Of a DNA stretch of 64,000 nucleotides, positions 14,270 to 29,039 are shown in pieces (within the stretch, counting starts at the first letter, position 1; every line of letters begins with the position of its first letter). A model generated the notes under the pieces. The model saw only the letters and a program-made list of their open reading frames with translations. It searched no databases and had not been told where the DNA came from. The stretch lies in assembly GCF_009914755.1 (NCBI RefSeq), contig NC_060929.1. One strand, 5' to 3'. The DNA comes from the human T2T-CHM13v2.0 reference genome, Homo sapiens. A program made the position numbers and the translations under genes.

Positions 14270-15294
14270 GGAGCTTTATCAAAAGATTTTCCCCAAGAGT
14301 CAAGATCAAATTACAATTATAGAATTTCAAATTTAAATCTGGAATAACATTTGAGTGCTGATCATTTAATTTGTGTGGATTCTTCCTTGCTTGATAGAGA
14401 AATTTTTGATTGTCTTTCAATTTGTAGGCTTTGTTTCAATACTTGCAATTTACTAAGAACTTTATAAAAGGTGATGCATTTGGTGTTCAATTATTTTAAT
14501 ATTTGAATAAAGATTTCATATAGATTTGAAAAAAAAATACAAATTTAGTGAATTTACATCAAAAAAGCTATGGCACTGTAAAATACATGAACTAACTTTA
14601 GTAAAAGCTCAAATATTTCTGAAATTTAGCTGAATTTCAGCCGCAAAAAGAAAAAAGAACTGTCACATTAAATAATTTTTGAAAAATACATTCTATATCA
14701 CCTTTGTCAAACAAATGTTGTGGTTTAATTAATCTAATTATGCACATATAAAAATGCTTGTAAATTTTGACAACTGAAGAATCTATTTTGATTGGTGGAA
14801 AACTGAAAATGATTTGAAGGCAATTATAAATATGGGTGTCTCACAAATAAATACCAAGTACACTTTAGTGCCACAGATGTAATTTAGTAAGAATAATAAA
14901 TTTAAGAAGAATATAATGCTATGTCCATTGAAAACATACAGTCTCATCATCATCACAAAACTTTTTTTGGTGATAAATTTTTAAATTGAATTTAAATTAA
15001 CAATCACAATAACGTCACATTTTATGTCTGACAGATAAAGTGAAAAGTTTTACTTTTGTTTCATGGATTGGATAATAAACTAAGTCATGGTTAAAATGAA
15101 TTGATTTTATGTATATTGGAAGCATATGTGGATAATGACATAAGGCAGAAATCATTAGCTGCTTGCAAAGTTCTGCCAGTGAGTGCAATGATATTAGCTA
15201 TTGTTTCATTCTCTGTATATTCACAGAAAAGCTCAGAAATGAGAATAAGCAAAATTAAATTAAAGAAAAAACATTCACTGGATTTTTGATTAAC

Positions 15295-15807
<513 letters not shown>

Positions 15808-16001
15808 TGAATCAGTGTTGTGGGCACAGCCTTTATAAAATAACTACTGACTGTTAAGTACAGAAATAGAACTACACACACGAATATTTTCAATTAAGTT
15901 TTTTTTTTTTTTAACAAAAGTGTCAAAAGAATTCAATAGGGAAAGGAAAGGATTTTCAATAAATGGTGTCATGAAAATTTGATGGCCATATGCAGAGCAA
16001 A

Positions 16002-16065
16002 ACAATAAAACTTCAACCCACACCACACAACATCACAATAAAACTTCAACCCACACCACACAACA
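16002..16065. repeat. 33-bp-period tandem duplication (acaataaaacttcaacccacaccacacaaca x2)
   Basis: Two identical 31-bp copies separated by tc. Confidence 0.85.
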
Positions 16066-16227
16066 AAAACGAACTCAAAATTTACCAGAGACCTTAAAGT
16101 AACTGCTAAAACTATAAAGCTTTTAGAAAGAAAATAAAAAGAAAGAAAAGGAGAAAATCTTTGTGACTTTGTTTTGAAAAATTTCATGTTTTGAAAAAAA
16201 TCATGTTTTGAAAAATTTCGTGAATTT

Positions 16228-16355
16228 GAAATACCTAATGTAGATGACAGGTTGATGGGTGCAGCAAACCGCTATGGCATATGTATACCTATGTAACAAA
16301 CCTACACCTTCTGCACATGTATCCCAGAACTTAAAGTATAATAAAAAAAGAAAGA
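16228..16355 (+). mobile_element. Severely 5'-truncated L1PA (L1PA7-like) 3' end, about 130 bp, nested in L1M
   Basis: gaaatacctaatgtagatgacaggttgatgggtgcagcaaacc...cccagaacttaaagtataataaaaaaa. Confidence 0.8.
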
Positions 16356-18139
16356 AAATTACACAGGCACTTTCAAAAGGTACTGTTAATAAAATTAGAA
16401 TCTACAGAATGGAAGAAAATATTTGTAAATCTGACACAAAAGACTCATATCTAAAATATACTTTTAAAAACACTTAGAAATTTAAAAAATGGTCAAAATG
16501 TGAACAGATACTTGACCAAAGATACAGAAATAAGCACATAAAAATATGTCTGACATCATTTGTCATTAGAAAAAATGCAAATTAAAGCCACAATGAGATA
16601 CCAATACATACTTCCTAGAATGAATAAATTTTTAAAAAATTGATGATACCAAGAGTTGGCAATAATAGAGAGGAATGGAAAGTTTCATCATACATTGTGG
16701 GTTGGATTGCAAAATGATACAACAACTTTTGAAAGCAGTTTGGCATTTTCTTAAACATGTACTACCATACAATACAATTACTCCAATCCTGCATATCTGT
16801 CCAAGAGAAATTAAAAAAAGTTTATATAAAGATTTGTACACAAATATTCATAACAGTGTTTTTTGTTATAGCACAAACTGGAAACAACTTATATGCTCAC
16901 CTAAAAAGAAAGGATAAATATACTGTAGAATATCAAAACAATAGATTACTTCTCAGCACTAAAAAGGAAAAAACTACTGATATTTGCAATAACATCAATG
17001 AATTCTCAAATAATTATACTAAATGAAAAATGTCAGACACCCTTCCCCAAAGAGTATATACCCTATGATTTTATCCATATAAATTTTTTAAAAATTCAAA
17101 CAAATATATGGTGACAAAAGCAGATTAATTGTTGTCCTTGACAGGGTGACAGTGAGTGGTAGGTGCGAAAGAGCCAGGTTGAAACTATGCCCAAGAAAAC
17201 TTCTGAGATAATGAATATATTCATTATCTTTATTGTGGTAATACTTTCACAGGTGTGCCCATGTTAGAACTTATCACACATTTTAAATATGTGTAGCTTA
17301 TTGCACCTCAATTATAACCCACTAAAGCTGGGGAAAAAAAAGAGAAAAATCCAGTTAAATAATATACCAGATGGTATAAATCAAGACTGTACCAAGCAAA
17401 TGAGGATGTATTGTTAATCCACCTTTATGGGCATACAGACCTACTTGCACTGTTAATTCTAATATTCTTTCAGTTCTTAGATTAATACTCATCCCCGCTC
17501 CCCCCAAATGATTCCTAATTATTGTTGAGTAAATTATGTTACTTTACATTTGCTTGTAGCAATATATACCTCTTTCCTTTTAGGGCTTTGCACATTGTAA
17601 TGTCTATATCGGTCCACCAGGTTGTAAAAAATTTGAATTCTGGAATCTTTTCCACCCCTCCCTATTTACGTATTCTCAATGTCTGGCACCTATCCCTAAT
17701 TAATATTTGTTTAAAGAATGAATTTAGCAATGAAATTAAGGATTTACTTAAGAGGGAGGAAGATATTCTATTCCTCTATTTTACTTATGGAATCCATGAA
17801 ATAATAATACAGTCTTATATTTAAAGCATTTATATGTGAAGAAACACTCTTTTGTTTACTATTCTATTTGTTCCTTATAAGAATATTGTAAAAAATGCAA
17901 AACAAATAAAATGAACCTGGAACTCAAAAAGTCAAATGGATAATCAAGCAGTGGAAACCAGTCCTGAACCCACAGACTTGTCATCAAGGCTAATCTCTGT
18001 TGCACTAAAGCAGAGCTATTGCTTTAAAGGGCTTTGTTATCTTATTCTTGAATATTACATGTACTTTCTGACATACTGACTCTCTACCATGGATGCATAC
18101 TGGAATTACATGAACAGTGTTTTGTTCATTTGTTTGTTC

Positions 18140-18266
18140 AATACTGATGCCTTTCTCACATCCTCAGAGATTTAGATTTAATAGGTCTGGGACACTGGCT
18201 GGGCATGAGGAATTTTTAGAGGTCTCTAGGTGATTTTAATGTGAAACAAATTTTGAGAGCCACTGG
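18140..18266. mobile_element. MER5-like fragment
   Basis: cagagatttagatttaataggtctggg...ggtgattttaatgtg...ttgagagccactgg. Confidence 0.55.
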
Positions 18267-18439
18267 TTTATTTGTCTCAGTCTGGAGAGTTGCACTGTCT
18301 CCAATCCATCCTCACTCTGAAGCACACATCATAGATTTCAAACACAAATATGAATATGTCACTTGTCCACTTGAAAACCTTCTATATTGCCATACAACAT
18401 TCAAGGTGCCCCAATGCCCAAACTTGAGATCTGAGAAAG

Positions 18440-19030
18440 GATCTGCCCCACAAAAGAATCAGACATAATTGAATTCCATGGCTAATGCAGTAAAAATAAG
18501 ATGAGCCTAGAATATCTAGTGCCAGAAAGTAAGAAATTGCTAAAAGAAAGTGAGAAATGTCAAAAGGTAATAGGAGATCATTTGGAGGGACTCCACTGGC
18601 CAATTGGAGCCTCAAAATAAATGACAATAATAAATTATATAACCTATTACCTAAAATAAGAATCCTATTACCTAAATTATAACCTATTACCTAAAATAAG
18701 AATCCATGATTCCATACTGATAATACATGAACTTACAGATAAATATGAGAGGAAGTTAATCCCTTCTTTACAATCAATGGCAATTAATAAACTGAGAAGA
18801 AAAGATTGGCATTTTCAACCATCATGCTAATAATTGATTTAGACAAAACTCAGAGATGCTAAAATTATTGGGTGAAAGTTTTATAAAGAGAACTGAACTA
18901 GATTAACATAGACTCAAACTATCTCCCCCAAAACTACTTATTAGTTAAAAAGCTAAAAAGTAACTTTACTGTGGATAGACCTGGCTGACACCACCTCAAC
19001 CAAGTGATCAGAGTTAAGATCCTCAATACA
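18440..19030 (+). mobile_element. Ancient L1M (L1MC-like) 3' region, left part
   Basis: Degenerate L1MC-type 3'UTR motifs such as gacaccacctcaaccaagtgatcagagttaa; resumes after 25196. Boundaries approximate. Confidence 0.55.
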
Positions 19031-22000
19031 AAGTTACCTTTCCTGTGCCATGATGCCACCACCATCACTACAAATGCCCACATGGAGGCTAGCACCTGTG
19101 TGCCCTCCAGCACACCACCTCAGCTGATGAGTGTGCACCTTGCTGCCCTGCCACTGCTGCTGGCAGGTGCAAAGCAGTGCAGATCTTGCTATCACTGCCT
19201 GAAGAAGCACTTTGGCTGATAACTCCCCAATAGGAGTGTTGTGGCCAGTGGACTAGGAACACCTCGGCCCCTCCAGCATAGCAGTCTCATAACCTCAAGG
19301 GGCCAGAGAACAAAGTGGGGGGCCTGATTAATAGCTCCCCCAGAATTAGAGCACACAGCCCAGGAGCCCTGAGCTGAGCTTTTGCCCACTAAAATCTTCT
19401 GGAAACAAGGCCAGTTAAATGAATCCACTTTATACCATAATCAAATCCCCAAGAACATTAAAGAGGATAAAAGAAAATCCCATCTAAAGGACAGCAACTT
19501 AAAAGATTGAAGGTACATCAGTCCACAAAGATGAGAAAGAACTAGCACAAGAACTCTGGCAACTCAAAAGACCAGAGTTTCTTCTTCACTTCAAATGACC
19601 ATACTAGATCCCTAGCAATGATTTTCAACCAGGCTGAAATGACGAATAGAATTCAGAATCTGGGTAGGAACAAATATCATTGAGATTCAGGAGAAAGTTG
19701 AAACACAGTCCAAGGATTCTAAGCAATACAATAAAATGACACAGGAGATGAAAAGACAAAATGGCCATTTTAAGAAAGAGACAAACTGATCTGACAGAGC
19801 TGAAATACTCACTTTAAGAATCTCACAATATAATTATAAGCATTGACAGCAGAATTGACCAAGCTGAGGAAAAAATCTCAGTGCTTGAATCTGGCTCTCC
19901 AAGATAACTCAGTCAAAAATAAAGAAAAATAATAAAGAATGAACAAAACCTCTGAGAAATATGGAATTATGAAAACAGACCAAATCTACAACTCATTGGC
20001 AACTCTGAAATAGAAAAAGAAAGCAAGCACGTTGGGAAACATATTTCAGGATATCGCCCATGAAAATGTCCTTAAAACCTTGCTAGAAAGGCTAACAATC
20101 AAATTCAAAAAATGCAGAGAACCCCTGTGAAATACTGCACAAGAAGACCATCCCCAAGGCACACAGTCATCAGATTCTCTAAGGTTGAAATGAAAGAAAA
20201 AAATGTTAAAGGTAGCTACAGAGAAGAGGCGGGTAATCTGCAAAGGGAACTACAGCAGGCTAACAGCAGACCTTTTAGCAGAAAACCTACAAGCCAGAAG
20301 AGACTGAGGGCCTATATTTAACATTCTTAAAGAATTTCCAACCAAGAATTCAATATCCTGCCAATCCTTTTCAGGCAGGCAAATTCTAAGGAAATTCATT
20401 ACCACCAGACCTGCCTTACAAGAAATCTGTAAGGGAGTGCTAAATATGGAAAGGAAAGAATGTTACTGGCTGCTACAAAAACACTTAAATACACAGACCA
20501 GTGACACAATCACACAAACAAATCTACATAATAACCAGCCAACAACATGACAACAGGATAAAATCTGTATATATCAATACTAACCTTGAATGTAGATGGA
20601 CTAAATGCCCTAATTAAGAGGCACAGAGTGGCAAGTTGGATAAAGAAGCAAGAACCAATGGTATTCTGTTTTCAAGAGACCCATCTCATGTGCAATGACT
20701 TCCATAGGCTCAAAGCAAAATGATAGAGAAAAATCTACCAAGCAAACAGAAAACAGAAAAAAAAAAAGTAGAGGTTGCTGTTTTAACAAAATAGATTTTA
20801 AAACAACAAAGATTAAAAAAAGACAAAGAAAGGCATTAAATAATGGGAAAGGGCTCAATTCAACAGCAAGGCCTAATTATTCCAAATATATACACACCCA
20901 ATACAGGAACACCTAGATTCATAAAGTTAGTTCTCACAGACGTACAAAGAGACCTAGGAAATCACACAATAATAGTGGGAGACTTCAACACTTGATATTA
21001 GACAGATATTAAACAGATTATCAATGCAGAAAACCAACAAAGACATTTGGGACCTGATCTCAACACTTGACCTAATGGACTTAACAGACATCTACAGAGC
21101 TCTCCACCCCAAAACAACAGAATAGACATTCTTTTCATCTGCACATGGTTCATACTTTAAAACTGATCACACAATTAGGCATAAAACAATTCTCAGCAAA
21201 TTAAAAAAAATCATACCAACCCCACACACAAACCACAGCACAATAAAAATGGAAATAAATGCTAAGAAAATCACTCAAAATCATAAATTTGCATGGAAAT
21301 TTAATAATCTGCTCTTGAATGACTTGTGGGTGAATAATTAAATTGAGCCAGAAATCAAGTAATATTTTTAAACTAATGAGAAAATAGTTACAACATACCA
21401 GAATCTCTGTGACACAGCTAAAGCAGTGTTAAGAGGGAAGTTTATAGCACTAAATGCCTACATCAAAAGTTAGAAATATCTCAAATTAACAATCTAACAT
21501 AACAAATAGAAGAACTAGAGAAACAAGAGCTAACCAACCCCAAAGCAGACAGAAGACAAAAAAATAACCAAAATCAGGGATGAACTGGAGGAAACAGACA
21601 CAAGAAGCCATACAAAAGACTAACAAATCTAGGAATTGGTTCTTTGAAAGAGTTAGATAGATGGCTAGCTAGACTAATAAAGAAAAAAAAAGAGAAAATT
21701 CAAAAAAAAGCAATCAAATGAAAAAGAGGGTGGTACCAAACAAAAACAAAAACAAAAACAAAAAAACCCTGAAACTGCTATGAACATCTCTACACATACA
21801 AGCTAGAAAACCGAGAAGAAATGGGTAAATTCCTGGAAACATACAACCTCCCAAGATTGAATCAGGAGGAAATTGAATCCCTAATCAGACCAATAATGAG
21901 TTCTGAAATTGAAACAGTAACAAAAAGCCTACCAACTGAAAAACCCAGAACCAGATTGGATTCACAGCCAAATTCTACCAGATGCACAAAGAAGAGCTGG

Positions 22001-23074
22001 TCCCATACCTATGGAAACTTTTCCAAAAAACTGGGGAGGAGGGACTCCTCCCTAACTCATTCTATGAGGCTAGCATCATCTTGACTCAAAAATTGTAGAT
22101 ATAACAACAACAAAAAAGAGAGAAAACCTCAGGCCAATAACCTTGATGAACATGAATGCAAAAATTCTCAACAAAATACTAGCAAACTGAATCCAGCAAC
22201 ACATCAAAAAGCTAGTCTGCTATGATCAAGTAGGCATTATCCCTGGGATGCAAGGTTGGTTCGACATACACAAATCAATAAATGTGATTCATCACATAAA
22301 TAGAACTAAAAACTAAAACTACATGATCATCTCAATAGATGCAGAAAAGTTTTTGACACGTCCTCATGTCAAAAACCCTCAACAAACTAGGCATTAGAGA
22401 ATGTACTTAAAAATATTAAGGGCCACCTATAAAAAATCCACAGTCAACATCATATTAAATGGGCAAAAGCTGGAAAGATTCCCTTTGAAAACTGGAAAAA
22501 GACAAGGATGCTCTCTCTCACCATTCCTATTCAACATAGTAGTGGAAGTCCTAGCCAGAGCTGTCAGGCAAAAGAAAGAAATAAAAAGCATCCAAATAGA
22601 AAGAGAGGAAGTCAAACTGTTCCCCTTTGCAGATGACATGATTCTATGCCTAGTAACCCCATGGTCTCTGCTCAAAGTTTCCTGATCTGATAAACAACTT
22701 TAGCAAAGTTACAGGATACAAAATTAAAGTACAAAAGTCAGTATTATTCCTGCAGACCAACAACATCCAAGCTGAGAGTCAAATCAAGAATTCAATCTCA
22801 TTCGCGATACTCACAAAAAGAATATCTAGGAATACAGCTAACCGAAGAGGTGAAAGATCTTTACAACAGTAATTAAAAAACATTGCTCAAAGAAATCAGA
22901 GATGACACAAACAAATGGAAAAATGTTCCATGCTGATGAATAAGAAGAATATTAATATTGTTGAAATGGCCATACTGCCCAAAGCAATTTACAGCTTCAG
23001 TGCTATTCCTATCAAACTACCAATGACACCGTTCACAGAGTTAGAAAAAAACTATATTTTTAAATTTATATGAC

Positions 23075-23371
23075 AGCCGGGTATAGTGGCTCATGCCTGT
23101 AATCCCAGCACTTTGGGAGGCCAAAGCAGGTGGATCACCTGAGTTCAGGAGTCTGAGATCAGCCTGGCCATCATGGAGAAATCCTGTCTTTACTAAAAAT
23201 ACAAATATTAGCTAGGTGTGATGGTGTGCGCCTGTAATCCCAGCTACTCAGGAGGCTGAGGCAGGGGAATCATTTGAATCTGGGAGGTGGAGGTTGCAGT
23301 GAGTCCAGATCATGCTGGTGCATTCCAGCCTGGGTGACAGACGCTCTGTAAAAAAAAAAAAAAAAAAAAAA
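23075..23371 (+). mobile_element. Alu inserted in old L1 ORF2, with (GA)n after the tail
   Basis: Dimeric Alu with A-tail, then (GA)n at 23372-23399. Confidence 0.95.
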
Positions 23372-23791
23372 GAGAGAGAGAGAGAGAGACAGAGAGAGAA
23401 AATTCACATGGAAACATATAAAACAGCCTGAATAGCCAAGTCAATCTTAAGTAAAAGGACGAAGCTGGAAGGATCACATTACCCAACTTCAAACTATACT
23501 ACAAGGCTATAATAATCAAAACAGCATAACACTGGTACAAAAAAAGGACACATAGGCTAACAGAACAGAGCCCAGAAATAATGCTGCACAGCTATAATTA
23601 TCTGGTCGCTGACAAAGCCAACAAAAACAAGCAATGAGGAAAGGACTCCCTATTTAATAAATAGTGCTGGGATACTTCACTAGCCCACGTGCAGAAGATT
23701 AAAATTGGACACTTTCCTTATCCCATATATGAAAATCAACTCAAGATGGATTAAAGACTCAATGTAAAACCTCAAACTATAAAAACCCTGG

Positions 23792-24105
<314 letters not shown>

Positions 24106-25196
24106 CTAGGAAATGCCATTCTGGACATGGGACCTGGCAAAGATTTCATGATGAAGACACCAATAGCAATTGCAACAAAAACAAAAATTGACAAATGGGA
24201 TCTAATTAAAGAACTTCTGGACAGCAAAAGAAACTGTCAACAGAGTAAATAGACAACCTACAAAATGGGAGAAAATATTTGCAAACTACATATCTGCAAA
24301 GGTCTAATATCCAGCATCTTTAAGGATAGTAAAATAATTTACAAGCCAAAAAAATTAAAAAGTAGAAAGGACATGAACAGATGCTTTTCACAAAAAAACG
24401 CATACATGCAGGCAACAAGTATAAGAAAAAATGCTCCACATCACTAATTAGAGAAATGCAAATCCAAACCACAATGAGATACCATCTCACACCAGTCAGA
24501 ATAGCTATTATTAAAAAGTCAAATAATAACAGTTGCTGGTGAGGTTGTGGAGAAAAGGGAAAGCTTATACACTGCTGATGGCAGTGTTAATTAGTTCAGC
24601 CACTGTGGAGAGCAGTTTGCCAATTTCTCAAAGAACTTAAAATAGAATTACCATTTGACCAGCAATCTTATTATTGGATATATATTCAAAGGACTATAAA
24701 TCATTGTATTATAAACATGCGTGCACCTGTATGTTCACTGCAGCACTATTCACAATAGTAAAGACATGGAATCAACCTAAATGCTCATCAATGATAGACT
24801 GGATAAAGAAAATATACATATACACCATGAAATAATATGCAGCCATAAGAGAAATGAGATCATGTCCTTTACAACAACATGGATGGAGCTGGAGTCTGTT
24901 ATCTTAGGCAAACACATACAGAAAACAAAAAACCAAATACCACATGTTCACATACATAAAAACTAAATATTGAGTAAATATGAACACAAAGAAGGGAACA
25001 ACAGATGCTCGGGCCTGCTTGAGGGTGGAGGGTAGGAGGGGGGTAAGGATAAAAAAACTACCTATCTGGTACTATGCTTAATTACATGGGTGAATAAATA
25101 ACCTGTATACCAAACTCCTGCAACACAAAATTTACCTGTATAACAAACCTGCATGTGTACCCCTGAGCCTAAAATAAAAGTGAAAAGAAGTTACCT

Positions 25197-25870
25197 GAGT
25201 CTTTGGATGTAATGCTCTGAGAAGGACACAATATCACTTATGTGATAATTCCTGCCAAAAATGCAAAGTATGAATCCAATCATAAGGAAACATTAGACAA
25301 ACCCGAAGTGAGAGACATTCTATAAAATAAGTAGCTTGTATTCTCCAAAAATGTCAAGAAATGAAACACAAAGAAGAGGTGAGAAACTGTTCTAAATTAA
25401 AGAAAACTAAAGGTACTTGATAATTATATACAATAATTGTGTCTGGATTAAATATTGTACTGAGGGAAGGATGGAAACCCAACATCTATAAAATGACATT
25501 ATTGGGTCAGTGGCAAAATATGAATACAAAGTATGGATTAAATAAAAACATTGCATCAATGTTAAATTTTCTGATTTCAATCACTGCACCATGGTTACAT
25601 GTAAGAGAATGTTCTTATTCTCAGGAAATAGTACACTTAAGTGTATGAAGTGTTAAAGGAACAGCATATCAGCAACTTATTTTTGAAGGGTCAGAAAATG
25701 GAATTACAGAAAAAGACAGCGAGAGTGAGCAAGAGGGTGAGAGTGAGCAAAAGAGCGAATGCTGGAGAGACTAATGGGGCAAAATGAAAGTAATAGTACT
25801 TTGTAGTATTCTGACAATCTTTAAGTTTCCAATTTTATCAAAATAAAACTTATAAAAATCAAATAAAACA
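25197..25870 (+). mobile_element. Ancient L1M (L1MC-like) 3' region, right part
   Basis: Contains gaaggacacaatatcactt...cctgccaaaaatgc and cattgcatcaatgttaaatttt, and ends in aaataaaa. Boundaries approximate. Confidence 0.55.
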
Positions 25871-28800
25871 AAGCCTGCCTTGAGCTGGCTCTTGCCTCCC
25901 TTAGCATCCTTCATTCTCCAGGAGCGTCTACAATCTTACTGCACTGAGACCCTGCTGTGCCCTGAAGTCACTATGATCTTTCTTGCTTATAAGCAATCCG
26001 TTACACCTACCTGCAATGTGCTACCCTTCATTTGTTGGGGGTAGTTTCTACTCATTCTTTCAAACTTCTTTCAGGCATTCTGTCCTCTGTGGAAGTTTCC
26101 CTGGCTGCCCCCAGCCCATCTCCCTTGCTCTGAGTGCCCCTCACACATGTTCCCACAACACACACTGGGCATTCCTTTCTCCTAGTTCTGATCATACCAT
26201 CCCATTACCCATCTCCTCCAATGGACAGTGAGTGCTTTATTATCCTCCATATCCATAGTCCCTCACATGTAAGAGGCATGCTATTAAACACTGATGCACA
26301 GAGATGGTAGAATAAATGCCCTCCATGGAGCAAAATTGAAAACAAACATTGTATGTATCTTAGTACCTCTTTTAAGAACGGAAAAAAAAGATTGTTGAGT
26401 TACCTGATTTCTCCATGATTTTCATTCATTATATATAACTTTATATATACTTCAATGTGTAGTTAATAGAACCCTTAAAAAATGGTATCATCTGGCAGAA
26501 AAATATGCTTTTTCTTCCAGTGTCTAAGGAGAATGACTCCTAACAATTGGAGGGGCATTTGTTTCATGGGCTCAAATCATATTTCTGCAAATGTCCTCAT
26601 ATTTGAAGTATGAATTAAGTGAGGGGTATCACTGAGCTGTGACAGAGTTGAATTACTCTGCATAGAAAAGCAAGGGCACAGAGATTCTGGGAGGAGGATC
26701 CTGGAAGGAGGATGGGGTTTGCTGCTTCTCAAGGTCAAGGGTAAAAGGGAGAGTGGGAGACTCAGAGAGAGAGAAGACAAAAAGAGTTACTGGGGAGAAG
26801 AGACAATCTAGCACATGGTAGGTGTTCAATAAACATTTGTTGAACTAATGTCTGGGCATGTCATATATACTTGGAAAGTGAAATTCTGTGTACTATAAAC
26901 TCTTCATTTATCTTTGCCACAGAGTCTTCAGTAAGACTACTACTTTCATTAATGGCTGGTAGACCAGACTGTGGATAGTGAGATAAAGATACTTGCTAAT
27001 CAAGTAGAGGTTAACAGGGGAAGAAAAGAGGCCACATATGGGAACCCACCCTTTCTCCCCAGCCCTGCAAAAAAATTGCTATGGCCAAATCTATATCTAC
27101 TGGTTGAGTTTGTAGCTAGTACATATAGATTTGACCATACATTTTTTATAGCTGGCATTTGTTTTGATTCATTAGGGCCTGTGCTATATTCCAGTTGTTA
27201 AATATTTTGAATGCATCTGATAATAATGTGATAGAATACATATGATAGTACAATAAGAAAGTTGTACAAATTAACTTGGAAAAGACATATTCATAGAAAA
27301 AGCTATCTGAGAAGAACAGTCATAGAAAATGAACCAAATTAACACTGTGACAAATATATGCTCCTGCTGTTTAAATATTTCATGAAATATTGTGACCAAT
27401 GATACTGGAGTTTGATTATCCTACAAATTTATGCTTTTTTACAGTGTCTCTATAACTATATGTTCCGGGTTATTATTGCACTTTCAGCTAGCCTATTAAC
27501 ATGCTTATTAACAAACTTCGATGTGCTAGACACTGAGATTTTGTCCTCAAGGATCCCGTAGTCTAGAAAAATAAATATATAGCAGGTAACTTAATAAATC
27601 TCATAAATTATGTTTTAAGACTTTCAATTATGAATGCTTTTGTGTCTTAGAATATTTAAACATTCGATTCTAAAGTAAAATGAGTCATGAAACAAAATCT
27701 AAAGAGAAGAGAAAACCTCATTTATCTTCTAAATTAAGATAAAACCATAGAGAGTATAGGAATACCACGATACCGCTATATGGACAAGAGTTCTGCCTTA
27801 AAGCATTGATTTGGGAGTCAGAATGGCTAGGTAGAGGCTTTAACTCAGTCACTATCTAAATATATGTACTTGAGTAAGTCACTAAGCCCATCTTCTTACA
27901 CAGTGAAAGGGATGGATAAGATCAGGGGTTTCAAATATTCTGCACAAAGGCCCTAAATGGTAAGAAGCAATCTGTTGGGCAGGACTCTGTATCTTCCACT
28001 TTCTCACTCTACCAACCAAAGCAGCTTTGCTTTTTTACACTCCATATGTTTTCATTCTGTTTTCTATTTTGTTTGAAAGATTCTACCACTGTAACTAGAT
28101 TTCCCCTAAGCCGTGTTCTACTTCTAATAGACCCTAATACATTTAGGGTACAGCATCCAGAGCTGAAAACTGGCGAATTTGTGAATAAAAGATCTATTTT
28201 GTCTTTAGGACATAGTTCTATAACGTTTTGAGGAAATCTTTTTAAGTTGAAATTTATCCTCTACTATATATTTCCAAAACTTTCCCCAGTTGTTTACATT
28301 TACTTTTCTCTGATAGGTTTAAACATCTATATTGCTCTTTTTCAAAGTTTCAACCAATTAAGAGCCAGGATTTCATGCAAGCAGAACCCATTTAACACGC
28401 TTAATACTTTCATCAGCTATTAACTTAATTAGAATAGTCAGCAAATTTCCATCACTGTACCAAAGTTGGCTGAGTGCCCAGAGTACTTTGGGGAAGTCAA
28501 GATTGTAACATAGACATGTTTTGTGTCTTCAGAGACCTAACATTAAAAGAAAAAAGATTAACTTGTTTTTTCTATCTCATGTAATTTGAAAATGTGGACG
28601 TTCTCTTAAGAGATCCAGGCCACCAACTGGCTTCCCCAGTGACCAGAACAACTCTTTCCATTTTTGTGCATGCATTTTATATTTCTCTAGAGACTACTAT
28701 TCCCTTAATTCAGTTATCCACCCTTGCCCACTAATTATGAGCACTTTTTATAAACCGGACTTAGCTATGTTATGCTATGTTACATTCAATCAAGTATGGG

Positions 28801-28996
28801 AATGACATCAGTTGCTATTTAAAGATCCAGTTGGGTAAATAAATGATATAAATACAAGTGTTGTATTGTATACCTTGCCCCTAGCATCATTAATCAATTC
28901 CTGCACTGTTTCCCATTACATCTCAGGTCAAAGACCTTAGTTAACACTTAATTTCCCAGTCTCATTTAAAACCCCAAGATTGACCACTACTTTTAC

Positions 28997-29039
28997 CAAA
29001 AAAAAAAAAAATATATATATATAGATAGATAGATAGATA
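28997..29039. repeat. Compound (A)n(TA)n(TAGA)n microsatellite
   Basis: Direct reading of the sequence. Confidence 0.9.

Larger units (their letters stand above)
15880..17340 (+). mobile_element. Ancient L1M ORF2 3' end and 3'UTR
   Basis: Motifs aaatgcaaattaaagccacaatgagatacca and ttattgcacctcaattata; ORF pieces resemble the L1 ORF2 C-terminus. Confidence 0.7.
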
